Origin: Mytilus californianus
Taxonomy: Eukaryota
Direction: 5' to 3'
Assembly: GCF_021869535.1 (NCBI RefSeq)
Contig: NW_026262723.1
Coordinates: forward strand, 17,484,001-17,548,000
DNA length: 64,000 bases
Position 1 is the stretch's first letter. Each line of letters starts with the position of its first letter. Shown here one piece after another: positions 1 to 12,432 of the stretch. A model generated the notes under the pieces. The model was given only the letters and a program-made list of their open reading frames with translations. It was not told the DNA's origin and made no database searches. The position numbers were made by a program, and so were the translations under genes.

Positions 1-1870
1 TAAACTCAGTTTGAGATGAAAGTAAGTGTAAAGAGCAAAACACAGTGTCCTTATGGAAATGTTTTTTTTTTAAATATGCCATTTGTCTGTCATTAAACAG
101 TCATGAACGATACCAGACTCATAATCAAGTCCGACAAACGCCCGTTTCGTCTACACAAAAATCATGATGGGTACCCGAATCAATACAGTTAGAATGCCAA
201 ATTAAACTCAAAGTTGAATAGCATTGAAACGAAATTGGGATGGGGGGAAAAGGGGGGGGGAGCCAAATTTTGGTGAAGAAAACACTTAGTATTTCGAATT
301 ATTTTACCATTTAATTAACAGTAGATATACCAGAAATCAGTTTGCATGCCAAATCAATTACTGATAATAATATCATTAATATTCATAAAGTATCGATTTC
401 AAGTGGATCTTAACACTGCCAATACAATGCTATTGATTTCATATTTCACAAACATTTAGACGAGTCGGAGATCGTTGGAAACGATTTAACAGTCTTTGGA
501 CAATTGTTTCACTCTATTTATGGACAGCAGGTTTAATAAATGTATAGATATGTTTTGTGTACTTAAAATTATACAACTGGCATTCATTTTATCCAGTTAT
601 GGTAAATCATTTAGACTTCGACATTTTCTATAAGAAATGTTTTCTTTTTCAATTCAGGTATTAGCTCAAAGCCACATCAATAGCCAAAGTCGGATTGTTA
701 CTTGAAAAAAATATTTCTCATGCTGACAACCTTTTGTAAATTATGCAAAACAGTCTTATTACTAAGGAAATCATATTTGTTTTACTTTGTGCAATGCCAT
801 TTCAAAAATCAAATACAATAATCATGGAATGCCATCGTCAGTACCTTCATAATAGAGACTTGAACAATGAAATAACCAGGTTAACCGAATGTCTGTTGAA
901 AAGTTAGCTGAAATACGGAATCGTCCCAGATGGTGGTCTTGCTATCATGCATTTTATTTATGACAATATTATTTATGTTAACAAAGTAGCACAGTCTTCA
1001 GATATTGTGTTAGGTCACGTGTTTATCTTATTAAAGTAATAATTAATGAAAATTCTTATCATGTTTTAATTAAATCGGAAAGGATGGACACTTTGGTGCG
1101 TTTTTCATCTGTATTTACAAAACTCTCCTTTTTGTTTCCAAATTAATAAAATCTTTTGTAGAAAAGGCACTGAAGACTCGTCAAGTCAACAAACAGAAGA
1201 AATTCAACATATTTAAAGCATGCAACTTAAGGCTCGACGCGCTCAATCTCATGCAAACCCGAAAAATCTGCACAGCCAGAGATATACAACATTCCTGGTA
1301 ATTGTATGTAGCTTCTTGGTTTAATGAAAAGGAAAATAGCGGGAAATCGTATTTCTCTTTATGATGTTTAAAGAGAAATTCAGATAAAAACGAAATACCG
1401 GAACAGATTTTTTAGCAAATTTGAAAGTCAGACAACTAAAATAGACAGAATCTGGATTTACTAGTTAATTGATATTTATATGTATTTTAGTTCTTATTGA
1501 TTTTTCTACTATTATTAGAACATCGTTCTATATATATGATAATTTTGTTATTTTCAAGAAAAATGTTGACATATTTCCTAGCAAGTTATCTTACTCTGTA
1601 TTTTTGCAGGTTTTCGTTTTCCTTTTAAAAGTTCATTATTTAGATTAAAGATGAACTACTTTTGTTAATTTATTTTGTATAAAACAAAAATGTTATAAGC
1701 ATTCTTTCAACAAAACATCTGGCATAAATTGAAGTTTGTTCTAACAAGTCAGTGTTAGGTGAGAGTAAGTGTTAATTGTGCCAAAAAATGACCTAATAAT
1801 TACTTTTTTTTAAATGCCATTTTGTCTGTTATTAAAACTTCATCGACGACATCGTGCTCATATTTTAGTA

Positions 1871-1910
1871 CGACCAACGCGCATTTCGTCTACATGAGAC
1901 TCATCGTGCC
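1871..1910 (-). ncRNA. Degenerate minimal type I hammerhead ribozyme relic
   Basis: Minus strand reads CA-CGATGA-gtct catgt agac-GAAA-tgcgc-GTT. Stem II is perfect and GAAA is intact, but the CUGAUGA core lacks one base and the triplet is GUU, not GUH. More decayed copies sit at the same position in the other array units (~135-170, ~4735-4770). Confidence 0.55.
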
Positions 1911-2074
1911 TGGGTGTAGAAACCTTCGTATTTCAAAATATTTTAACATTTAACAGTAAAACACCAGGGAAAAAAATCGAATCAAAACAATTACAAGGCA
2001 AAATCAATTACGAAAATCACATTTTACCATTACTAATATTCATAAAGTTTTTCGTTAATAAAAATTTATAAAAG

Positions 2075-2572
2075 AACAAAGTTCCAATGTCCAACGCGTT
2101 GCACATATATAATCTGTCCCAGGTCATTAACTTAAAAACTTGTTTTCCCGTTTCTTTAAATTTTTTAAAAAATCTTGCAGAAATAAAGACTTGAGATCAA
2201 ATGCAATGCAATTTCCGATATAATCAATATTTCCAAGTCGCATAACTCTTTTAAAAATATTTGATCGGCACTGATTTTTGGATTTGTCCAAGACATTGCT
2301 GATATAAACCTTTGTTATCAAATCTGCAAGAATTGTACACATGAGAGCGCTAACAATGCAATTTTCCATATAATTAATATTTCCAAGGGGTATTTTTTGA
2401 AAAGTGTTGATCGGCACTGATTTTCTAAATTGTCCGAGACAATACTGATATCAATCTATTACATAAGTTTTATAAAAATCTGGCAAGAATGGTACATGTT
2501 AAAGCGCTAACAAGACTGGACGGACGGACGGTATTTCTATGTCGCCCGCAACGCGTCACGCGGGGGACAAAA
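2075..2572 (+). mobile_element. Non-autonomous Helentron/pearl-like element (HINE)
   Basis: 5' AACAAAG start with a CAACGCGTTG palindrome, ~148-bp tandem cores (2206, 2354), (GACG)n tract at ~2517-2531, 3' GC-rich hairpin GTCGCCCGC...GCGGGGGAC followed by an A-run. Confidence 0.7.
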
Positions 2573-2697
2573 AATATTCATAAAAGTGTCGTTTGCATTT
2601 GGATCTAGATACTGTCAATACAATTATAATATTGGTTTCATATTCAGAGACATCTAGACGGATCGGGGGTTGTTAGGAATGATTTAAGAATGTTGAC

Positions 2698-3026
2698 ATA
2701 TTGTTTGTTTTATAGTGATTAAGATTCTAACACAATGTTGACGGCTGTACCCCTATTTTTGACATTTTTACCTATTATGTCTGTTTGTTTTGTTCACACA
2801 TTGTTGTCAATATAAAGGTATTTTATGCGACTGTCATACAAGTGAAAGGTTCAGGTTTAATCCACCATTTACTACAATAAAGAAATGCCTGTACCAAGTC
2901 AGGAATATGACAGTTGCTTTCCATTCGTTTGATGTGTTTGAGCTTTTGATTTTGCAATCTGATAAGGGACTTTCCTATTTGAATTTTCCTTGGAGTTCGG
3001 TTTTTTTGTTATTTTACTTTTTTTTT
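2698..3026 (+). mobile_element. Interspersed repeat, family B (probable retroelement 3' tail)
   Basis: Close match to 63468-63760 (GTACCCCTATTT..GACATTTTTACCTATT...AAATGCCTGTACCAAGTCAGGAATATGACAGTTG). It interrupts the array unit, whose uninterrupted counterpart is at ~4995-5025. Confidence 0.75.
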
Positions 3027-3173
3027 GACCGATTGCTACACTTTGTAAATTGTAAGCTTGTTTATTGTATTTATAGATATGTTTTGTGTTATCAAAATTA
3101 TACAATTGGCATTTAATTGAATCCAGTCATAATCTTGCGTTAATTGATTGCATCGTTTGATCTATAAGAGTAA

Positions 3174-3837
3174 AACAAGAGGCTCTCAAGAGCCTGAATC
3201 GCTCACCTGTATTTCAGAGGAGAAGATTTTTAAATGTTAGCAAACTTGATGAACAAATTGTGTAAAATTGTCTTTATAGGGCAATAACTCCTTAAGGGGT
3301 CAATTGACAATTTTGGTCATATTAACTTTTTTGTAGATCTTACTTTGCTGAACATTGTTGCTGCTTACAGTTTATATATATCTAAAATAATATTCAAAAT
3401 AATAACAAAAAACTGCAAAATTTTGTTAAAACTACCAATTCGGTGGCAGCAACCCAACAATGGGTTGTTCGATTCGTCTGATAATTTCAGGGCCGATAGA
3501 TCTTGACCAATTAAACAATTTTACCCCATGTCAGATTTGCTCTAAAAGCTTTAGTTTTTGAGATATAAGCCAAAAACTGCATTTGACCATTATGTTCTAT
3601 TTTTAGCCATGGCGGCCATGTTTGTCGATGGATCAAAACTTCGGATACAATTTATAGGCTAGATACCCTAAGAAACATTTAGTTAAAGTTTGAAGGTATT
3701 TGGCCCAGTAGTTTCAGAGGAGAAGATTTTTGAAATAGTTTACGACGACAGACGACGACGACAGACGACGGACGACGACGGACGCCAAGTGATGGCATAA
3801 GCTCACATGGGGTCCTTCGGGCCCCGGTGAGCTAAAA
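3174..3837 (+). mobile_element. Helentron/pearl-like HINE
   Basis: 5' hairpin AGGCTC-TCAA-GAGCCT and sub-terminal GCTCACC, (GAC)n tract at ~3744-3784, 3' palindrome AGCTCAC...GGTGAGCT. Inserted in an A-run; the empty-site equivalent is at ~5140-5165. Confidence 0.85.
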
Positions 3838-6414
3838 CAGGGATTTTTGGTATTATTAAAATTTTGATATTTCCTATAAGAACTGTCACCTTTTACATTT
3901 CAGGTATTTGCTAACAGTCATATCAGTATCCAAATTCTGATTATAACTTAAAAAATGGTTTTGCAATTATTAATGCAGACAACCTTTGTTGCTTAGCAAT
4001 TTGTGTGCAAGCTTAAACTTTTCATTACTATTAATTAGTGACATATTTTGTTCTGTAAACAAAAGAGGTAGTTTCGGAATGATTTATACTTTGACATTTT
4101 CTAAAAGAATTGCGTTCTTTTACATTTCAGGTATTTGCTCAAAGTCACATAACTAGTCGTAGTGTAATTGTTATTTGGAAATTTGTTTGACTACTTTAGG
4201 CAGACAATCTTTTGTTGCTTAATGGAATTTGTATAATTATACTAACGGTACCAATTTTACTGTATACGCTACAATTTTTCATAAGGAATCTTTCTCTTTC
4301 TAAAGTGAAATAGATGGGTTTTTTTTAAAACTCGAATTTATAAATGACAATGTTGTTATTTCAAGTGATTTTTTTACAAAATTGATTCATAAAAAATAAC
4401 TGGTTTATGAGTAAATTGTCTCAAACTGTTGATATTGCAGGTTTCCATTTGCTTAATGGAAAATCCTTGTTAAACACTCCCGTAATTTCTTTTTTTTCTT
4501 TTTTGATATTTAAGATTAAATTTTTTTGTTTATTTGTTTTTTTTTCAAAAATATATGTTAATATCATTCTTTCAACAAAACATCTGTCATAACAATGTTT
4601 TACATCAACTCAGTGTAAGGTAAGAGTAAGTGTTAATTGTGCAAAATAAATGTCCTAATAATTCGGTTTTTTTAAATGCCATTTTGTCTGTTATTAAATA
4701 ATCCTCGACGATATTATGCTCATGTTTTAGTTTGACAAACACGTGTTACGTCTTCATGAGGCTCATTAAGACTAGGTGTCGAAACCTTCGTATTTCAAAG
4801 TATTTGACATTAATTAATAGTAAATATATCAGAAAAAACTCGAATCAAAATATGTACAAGGGAAAATCAACTACGAACATAATATTTTACCATTACTAAT
4901 ATTCATAAAGTGTCGTTTTCATGTAGATTTAGACACTGTCAATTCACTTATATTGGTTTCTTATTTCTAAACGGGTCGGAGGTTGTAAGAAATGATTTAA
5001 GAATGTTTGGACGATTGCTACACTCCGTTAATTGTCAGCATATTTATTGAATTTATTGATATGTTTTGTGTACTTAAAATTATACCATTGGCATCCATTG
5101 TATCAGTTCTAATCTTCTATTAATTAGTTATATGTTTTGTTCTATAAGAGTAAACAAACAGGTTTTTTCTTGTCTTATTCAGACTTCGACATTGTATATA
5201 AGTACATTTTGGTACTGGTTCAAAGTCACATCAGTTGCGAAAGTCTGATTATTACTTAAAACAATTGTTTTACGATTTGTAACGTAGACAACATTTTGTT
5301 GCTCAATGAATTTGTGTAACCTAACTCTTTTTTTATTGCGTTCAATAAGTGACATCTTTTCTTCTGTAAAAAAAGAGGTATTTTCGGAATGATTAAGACT
5401 TCGGCATTTTCTATTAGAATTTCTTCTTTTTACTTTTCAGGTATTTTCTCAAAGTCAAAGTCAGTAGCCGAATTGTGATTGTTTCTTGAAAGATTTGTAT
5501 TACTTTTGTTAATGCAGACAACCTTTTGTTGCTTAATGAAATTTGTATTTTGAAGCTTAAACTTGTCATTTGTAATATTTCTCTTTCTTAGGTGAAAAGA
5601 GATGTTTATATTGCCTAATTATTAATGACAATGTTGTTTTTTCAAGTGATTTTTTTTTCAAAATTAGTTGAGCAAAAATAACGAATGTACGAGTAAGTTG
5701 TTTTATAATGTCGCCGTTGCAGGTTCCCATTTGCATCATGGGAAGTCACCGTTGGTAAACACTCTTGTAGATTTTTTATTTGCATTTATAAGATTCAAAA
5801 TAGCAGAAAGAAATTTGTGGTATAGGTTACGATCAACAATAAATATTATGCGCGCAGCCATTTAATGAAGATAACATGGTAATCAGAATGAATTAAGAGT
5901 ATAGCTTATCCTGATTGGTCGGTGCATGCTGTATTTTTTATTATTAGAGACTCCGTGCAATCTGCATTATACCGAAAGTAAAATAATATATTGTCCTTAG
6001 CCCTAACGGAACTGAGAAGTATTTTCTATGCTGGGATGAGACACATGATTTTAAGTGCAATATTGATAGGCAAGGGAGATAAGTTCAAATTACGATAAGA
6101 AAAGCAACGGGGACCTATATTTTTAGGGTAAAAAAAATACTGTCATAATAGTTTGTCTTTAATTCAAGCAAGGTTTCGTTCAAAAACAACTTTATAAAGT
6201 CTATTTCTTGGAAAAGGCTACCATTGTCGCCTATTGGGAAAATAAATGCTTTTTGCAATCTATATCTTATCTTAATAAAAAAATCCATTGCACACTTTTA
6301 TATATATTTTTTTGTCTGTATGAACAGATTTGGATTTCGGAGAACGCATATAAGGAAATACCACGTGAACATAGTTTAAATAAATAAGTAAGGATGGGTG
6401 TAAACATACATTAC

Positions 6415-6495
6415 CTAGTATTTTCATATCTAAAGAATGATCATGATAAAGCTCCATCTCTGTTGGGAATAAATTATGATCTTTGCATGTTTCTT
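6415..6495 (-). CDS. Exon 2 of claudin/PMP22-like gene: (Q)ETCKDHNLFPTEMELYHDHSLDMKIL
   Basis: Minus strand: ctttcttttttttcag|AAGAAACATGC...AAAATACTAG|gtaatg, with a strong polypyrimidine acceptor and a GT donor. The 81-bp phase-1/phase-1 exon joins exon 1 in frame and supplies the second extracellular-loop Cys. Confidence 0.8.
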
Positions 6496-8752
6496 CTGAA
6501 AAAAAAGAAAGAAAACAAACATTTAAAAATCCAAATAGAAACTCATAGAGCTACTCTTGCATAGAATATGTTTCATTTCCTCTTGTTTTCCTCTTTTTTT
6601 TGTTCAATATAAGTTATTCTCTGTCATTAAATCGGAAAAGAAGAGAAAGTATTCATATGTTTCAAACAATTAATCTTTAAGGATAATATCAAAAGTAATC
6701 TGAAATAAGATTGAACACATCCGATCGGATTTATTATCAATTATCTTTTATCACGTCGATGCTAATCAACATCCTTTCTGTTTACGTTAAAAATACATTT
6801 ACAATTATAGCACAATTGTATATCGTATAATCTCCATTATTTTGTTTACTTCTTGATGTATCACGGACACTCTATATTGCTTCCTTTTTATTGACCTTAA
6901 TTCTATAATGTAATGGATCACCACCATTATCACAACAATAATCAGTGAAAGAGACAAAGTTTATATTGAAACCTGACATCTAATACATTTTGGTAAAAGT
7001 GAAAACAGCAACGAGAGACTAAATAAACTTAAGATTTGCTTACATTAGCAAAAGACTACACTTAGCCAATTTGATCGAATGAAAACGATGTATTTCTAAC
7101 CTGAAGTTGAACTGAACGATGATTTGATAAAGTTTACTTGTCATTAGTACGAAAGTAAATGGTGAAGCTGAAAAACTATTTTGCTTAGAGGCTACTTGAT
7201 ACAAATCGCATTGCAAACCACATACTTTGTCCTTGGATTCAGATTTCATGAAAACCAGCATTAATTGTCCAGTTTAAAACAACCATAACACTTGCCTTTA
7301 CGAATGATCAATGATTTCAAACAATCTTGAAAGGAAGAAAAAATCTAACAGTTAAAAATGATAATACTAAAAAGCATTTAGTAATGTTTTAAACTGTGAA
7401 AAAGAACCAACAACTCTCATTTGGTTTTCTTACAGAGGCATCAGGTACGTTAAGAAAAAAATTCAAAATATGATATTGTTTGTCTCAAACATTTATAAAA
7501 GTGGAATATTGAAATACTATATCTTTATATTAGCAGCAAGTTTGGCTCAATATTGTCAAAATGGGCTCAAAATCATCGCTAAAGAATTATTGGCTTACAA
7601 GTCAATCATCTAATTTCATTTGAATCAGTATCCATGCAACCTTTAGCTTGACCATTAGTTGGAAATGGCTAATACTATGCATGTCCAGTTATTAAAAAGA
7701 AAATAATGTCAACATTGAAAACCTAAATAAGGGAGCCACCAGGAAAAACAAATTCGTTGACTGATTCTGACTACAAAAAATCATTCATCTACAAATTAAA
7801 CGATGATTTACTTTTTTTCGATCTATGACACTAAATCAAACATATCTAGATTCGTCATTATACGATTGTTCGTGTCTGTCTGTCTGTCTATTAATATTTA
7901 TATTTGTGTTTATTTAGGCTCATACTACAATTGGCAATCTTTGGCTGTTATATCGATCGTTAATAGAATGGTGTTTCATCTAAAAGGACGCACTAAATAA
8001 AGATACATCATAACATACATTGGTTATTGTTTCTTTTTTTTTTTCTTTTTTTTTTTTTCTTTTTTTTTTATATATACGTTTCAGTATTCTATAAATCAAA
8101 TATTGGAAATCTAAGTCAAATCGGTGATCATGAATTTGACAGCTAATGCCCCTTAAACAAAATATGTGGGGTATACATTAATGGGATAGCAACTGAACAA
8201 AACTATACAAAAAAGATAAGAGAGATCCCCTGCACAGTCTTCAAAAATCTCATTAAAGAACGGATATGACTTCAACAAAAAAACAACTGAACAAATAGAA
8301 TCGAGCCCATTATGTCAATGAACTGGCAATATATAACAATTATCAGGTTTAATTCTTATATTGTAAAATATCATATGACAGACATAACATATAAAAATAA
8401 CTAGTCAACGCACGAAACGAGGTATAAAAGGCTGTATATGTCGTCGAGTAGCCTATATTTTACAATGCGATCAAATCTGACAATCGATTAATTGGTTTGC
8501 ATTTGTGTGTTTTTAAAAGAATAGATATTATGTGTTTTTTACAAGTAAACGGGAAGATAACTTGATCAGCTAGGGTCAAGTTTATCGACGTTGGGTCGAA
8601 CATTATGACGTCTGTAAAAGGTCGAGGTCAAAGCAACGCAGACCGGGTAAAGCATATGTAACGTCCCAAAGCCGCGATATGTAATGTTATAAGAGCTAAA
8701 CAGAGAGATATAGGCGATGACATGGACAGTTACAATATATATCTTGAAGCTA

Positions 8753-9229
8753 AATCAGACAATCCTGCAACATGGCGATCATGTATTGACATCAATGTAG
8801 AATCAGACAATCCTGCAACATGCCGATCATGTATTGACATCAATGTAGAATCAGACAATCCTGCAACATGGCGATCATGTATTGACATCAATGTAGAATC
8901 AGACAATCCTGCAACATGGCGATCATGTATTGACATCAATGTAGAATCAGACAATCCTGCAACATGGCGATCATGTATTGACATCAATGTAGAATCAGAC
9001 GATCCTGCAACATGGCGATCATGTATTGACATCAATGTAGAATCAGACAATCCTGCAACATGCCGATCATGTATTTACATCAATGTAGAATCAGACAATC
9101 CTGCAACATGGCGATCATGTATTGACATCAATGTAGAATCAGACGATCCTGCAACATGGCGATCATGTATTGACATCAATGTAGAATCAGACAATCCTGC
9201 AACATGCCGATCATGTATTGACATCAATG
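8753..9229. repeat. 48-bp minisatellite, ~10 near-identical copies
   Basis: Unit AATCAGACAATCCTGCAACATGGCGATCATGTATTGACATCAATGTAG. It explains ORFs 8722-9243 and 8730-9050. Confidence 0.97.
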
Positions 9230-9649
9230 AATATTATCATTAGAAACGCTAAAAACGTCAATAATATTGTAATTAAATGAAATATCTGGACACCATCTTA
9301 TCCAAAGAAATTGGTTAGTTTATATAGTGGAAAATGCACGAAATGAATGATCTTATGTTACACTGTAATGCTGAACTACCCGGACGGATTGATTAATATA
9401 TTGTTTTCAATTTCCTTTTCTAGTTGGGTTTGATTTAGATATGTTTTTGCCTCAATCATTTGTGTTCGTACTACAACAGTTACAAATTAAAATAGAATAA
9501 ATAAGGTAAAACCAAATCAAACATAGATAGTTTGTAATCCATGACTATTTAATACATCATTGAAAAGATCCTACTAAGCTTTGTTTTTAAATGTATATAT
9601 TTAGGTAAATTTCAACTAGGGTTTGAACCCGCCAATACACAAGCATTTG

Positions 9650-10596
9650 CAAGTGCATTACGTTTGCGCGCATTACCATTACATTTGCGCGCAAAAATCA
9701 TTACGTTTGCGCGCATTTGTTTTAAGATAAACTCAGGTAAATACAGGTAAATTATACTTATTTATTTAACTATTATTTTCGAGCAGGATAAGTCCGTTTT
9801 ATTATGCACAAGCACTTAGTCCTGGGAATATATACAGTATGATGAAAATGTAAAAACAGCAAATCTAAAGTTTAAAAGTACTGATTTTACATGTCGTAAG
9901 TTGCTGAATATTTGAAGCCCACTGCTTTATGAAACACAACACTACATAGATGTGCTGAATAAAATTACTCATTGTAGTGAGCATGGAATGATTCCGGACC
10001 GTTTGTAGTACGCCTGGATTCTTCTCACGGTAGTGATGCCGCCCAAGGATGAAATTTGGAATCTGATAAAATATCTTTGCAATTAAAGGTTTGATCGCCA
10101 TGAAATATCCATGACTTATGTGTTCTCTCTATACGGAAGGTAAATCATTCATTACATTAATGATTTCCCACCGATTTGTTTCTGACAAACGAAAGTCCAT
10201 GTTTGTGTCTCGACGCAACTTCACAAACTGACTTAAATTATTTACTTAATCGATCACTATTCGATAAAATCAGGAAAAAGAATACAATTTACTCTGAAAT
10301 ATTTGAAAATTAAATTATATAGAATTGAGAATGGAAATGGGGAGCATGTATGTCTTAAGCTATAACGGGATTTCTCATGATCACTATATATTTTTAGAAG
10401 TCAATTTGAAAAATATATAATTTGAAATTAGAAATATTCTCAAAATTCAAAACAACTATAAACATATTTATTATGAGTAATCTTTATTTTTACCAGTGTT
10501 ACCTGTAAAATGAACGCGCGCACATGTAATCAAAAGCTACGCGCCAGCGTAAAATATTTTAATTCCCAAATGAGCGCAAATGTAATGCGCCCCTTT
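9650..10596 (-). mobile_element. Internally deleted Mutator-like (MULE) DNA transposon
   Basis: Minus strand ~10080-9930 translates as SDSKFHPWAASLP*EESRRTTNGPESFHAHYNE*FYSAH, the RTNNxxESFH-type C-terminal motif of MULE transposases. The flanks carry inverted sub-terminal repeats: TTACGTTTGCGCGCA x3 at 9658-9716, and GCGCAAATGTAATGCGC-like at 10515-10592. Confidence 0.7.
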
Positions 10597-11089
10597 TCAC
10601 CATGTTTGTCTATGAGACTTACATCTCTCATGCAAATAATTTCACGGTACTTGTATGAGCTCAATAATTCCGACTCACAAATTATTCAAATGTTATTTTT
10701 GGCTGAAAAACGAATGTGCTATCTTTCGATCGCCATTATATAAATGATGATACATAAATTCATAATTCGTCATATTCCTTACTGTTTAAATTTTCACATG
10801 CATATCAGTTATGTTTACGTTCATTTCACTTCATTTTGTAATACTCCAATATATTTAGGCTTAAAAGACTATGAGCGGAATTCCTCCATATGTAGAGAGT
10901 CATTAGGCATTATGGCTAACTTTTGCGTCACATTGCTGATGGATTGCAAGTATTAAATTACTTTTCCATCCAGTGCTTTTGTATATTTTGCTTCGGTATC
11001 GATGATTGAGAAATGCTAAATAAGCGAAAAAAAATCAACTCTGAGCTGTTTTACGCTAATGTTGAAGTCTGTTTGTTTATTTTTTTCAG

Positions 11090-11342
11090 TGTTGCTTAGG
11101 AGCCTGTAATTCAATGCTTGTCGATGGTTTCTGTCTGTCATATTTGTTTTTGTTTAGTTTTAAGCATAAATCCATTCGTTGGTTTTCTCGTTTGAATTGT
11201 CCATTTTTTGTCGTGTCGACGCTTTTTATAGTTGACTATATAGTATGGGTTTTTCTCATAGTTAAAAGCTCTGCAGTGCCCTTTACTTCCATTGGTCTTT
11301 GTAATTAGTTTTCGAATCGGTTATCAAACCACATTTCCTTAT
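11090..11342 (+). mobile_element. 5'-truncated PLE 3' tail (family A), degenerate
   Basis: GAGCCTGTAATTCA...CATATTTGTTTT...TTTTCTCGTTTGAATTGT...ACCACATTTCCTT, homologous to 37080-37350. Confidence 0.7.
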
Positions 11343-12188
11343 TTGTATATAATAGAATGATATAATTTTGCAAATCATGTATATAATCTAAAATTTTTAC
11401 ACATTTTCTTAAGTTTTAAACTATTCCTTTATTAAGAATCAATATTCTTGTATTTCATTACAGATATCTTAATTTTCAAAAGTTGCATTTATATTTTCGC
11501 AAGCACTTATGATAAATGAATAGCTGTAGGTCGCCCATAACAACTCGTATTCATTTTCGACAACAATAACATGACAGACCTTGAAGTTTGTTTTGGAATA
11601 CATACAAACGTGATTGAGAAGACGAAACAATATGTAGAATTGATCACCATAGAGACGATCATAATGGTACTGTATTAACGAAAATTCCCATTTGTGTGTT
11701 TCCTGACACTTACTGGCTTATGTATGTTGTTGATACGTAACATCATTTTTTATACAAATTGTCATATTCTCTTTAATCTCATTTTAAGTGCTAAAATTAT
11801 TCATTTCAATCATGAGATAAGATTTTGACTTTAATCATCTTTTACATTCATTTCTAGAATGGCAAACAATCTTGCTTGAGTTTAAATTTTTTGCATGTCT
11901 GCACATTACTACCAAATGGTTTACGATGAAAAACACCCGAGTGCATTAGTTAATGATTTTATAATAATCCTGATGATGTCAGAGGCTATATTCGTCCTTC
12001 TTGTATGACCTCTAGCCGAATTAAAACTAATTACAAAACGTCAACAAATTTGGAATAAAAAGCCGGAGATCGATATTATTCGAAGTATAGGGAAATGTAA
12101 ACAGGACAGTGTCTATGATCTATAATGTTGATAACGTAATTAGAAATAGGTTAAACTCAACACACTGTAACGTTCTTGTCCTACGTCA

Positions 12189-12432
12189 GGATCGGCCTCT
12201 GTAGCCGTGGGGTCTGAGTAGTTCATCTAGATTGATCACCAGTCTTTCAATAATGAGGTTTTGAGTTCGAACACTGCTTTTGGCAAGGTGCGTTCGATTC
12301 CTATCTAAATTGACTAGGATTGTCATTTTTTTCTACCGAAGATCGGTGGTTTTCTTCGAACTCACCGGCTTCCTCCTTCAATAAAAAAGACAACTTTAAC
12401 AAACGAAAAGTGCCTAACGAGGCGTTAAACAA
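12189..12432 (+). mobile_element. tRNA-derived SINE, full length, degenerate
   Basis: tRNA-like head with B box GAGTTCGAAC at 12263-12272, central ATCGGTGGTTTTCT..ACCGGCTTCCTCC domain, 3' GGCGTTAAAC. Homologous to 54187-54327. Confidence 0.75.

Larger units (their letters stand above)
1..5830. repeat. Old diverged tandem array, ~1.2-1.35 kb core unit, about 3 copies, interrupted by later insertions
   Basis: Anchor motif AA(C/G)TCAGTGT(A/T)AGGT(A/G)AGAGTAAGTGTTAATTGTG recurs at ~5 (degenerate), ~1745 and ~4607. Collinear downstream blocks also recur (ATGCCATTT(T)GTCTGT; ATATTCATAAAGT; ATATGTTTTGTG; TTTCAGGTATTTGCT; GCAGACAACCTTT). Each unit contains an internal sub-duplication. Confidence 0.8.

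Noticed and set aside
7040-7261. Minus-strand ORF with a nearby GTAAGC donor as a claudin exon
   Set aside because: The translation has no claudin features; the 6415-6495 exon fits the expected Cys loop and phase.
8722-9243. 173-aa repetitive ORF as a real protein
   Set aside because: It is almost entirely a 48-bp tandem repeat that is open on both strands, lies inside an inferred intron, and has no recognisable domain.
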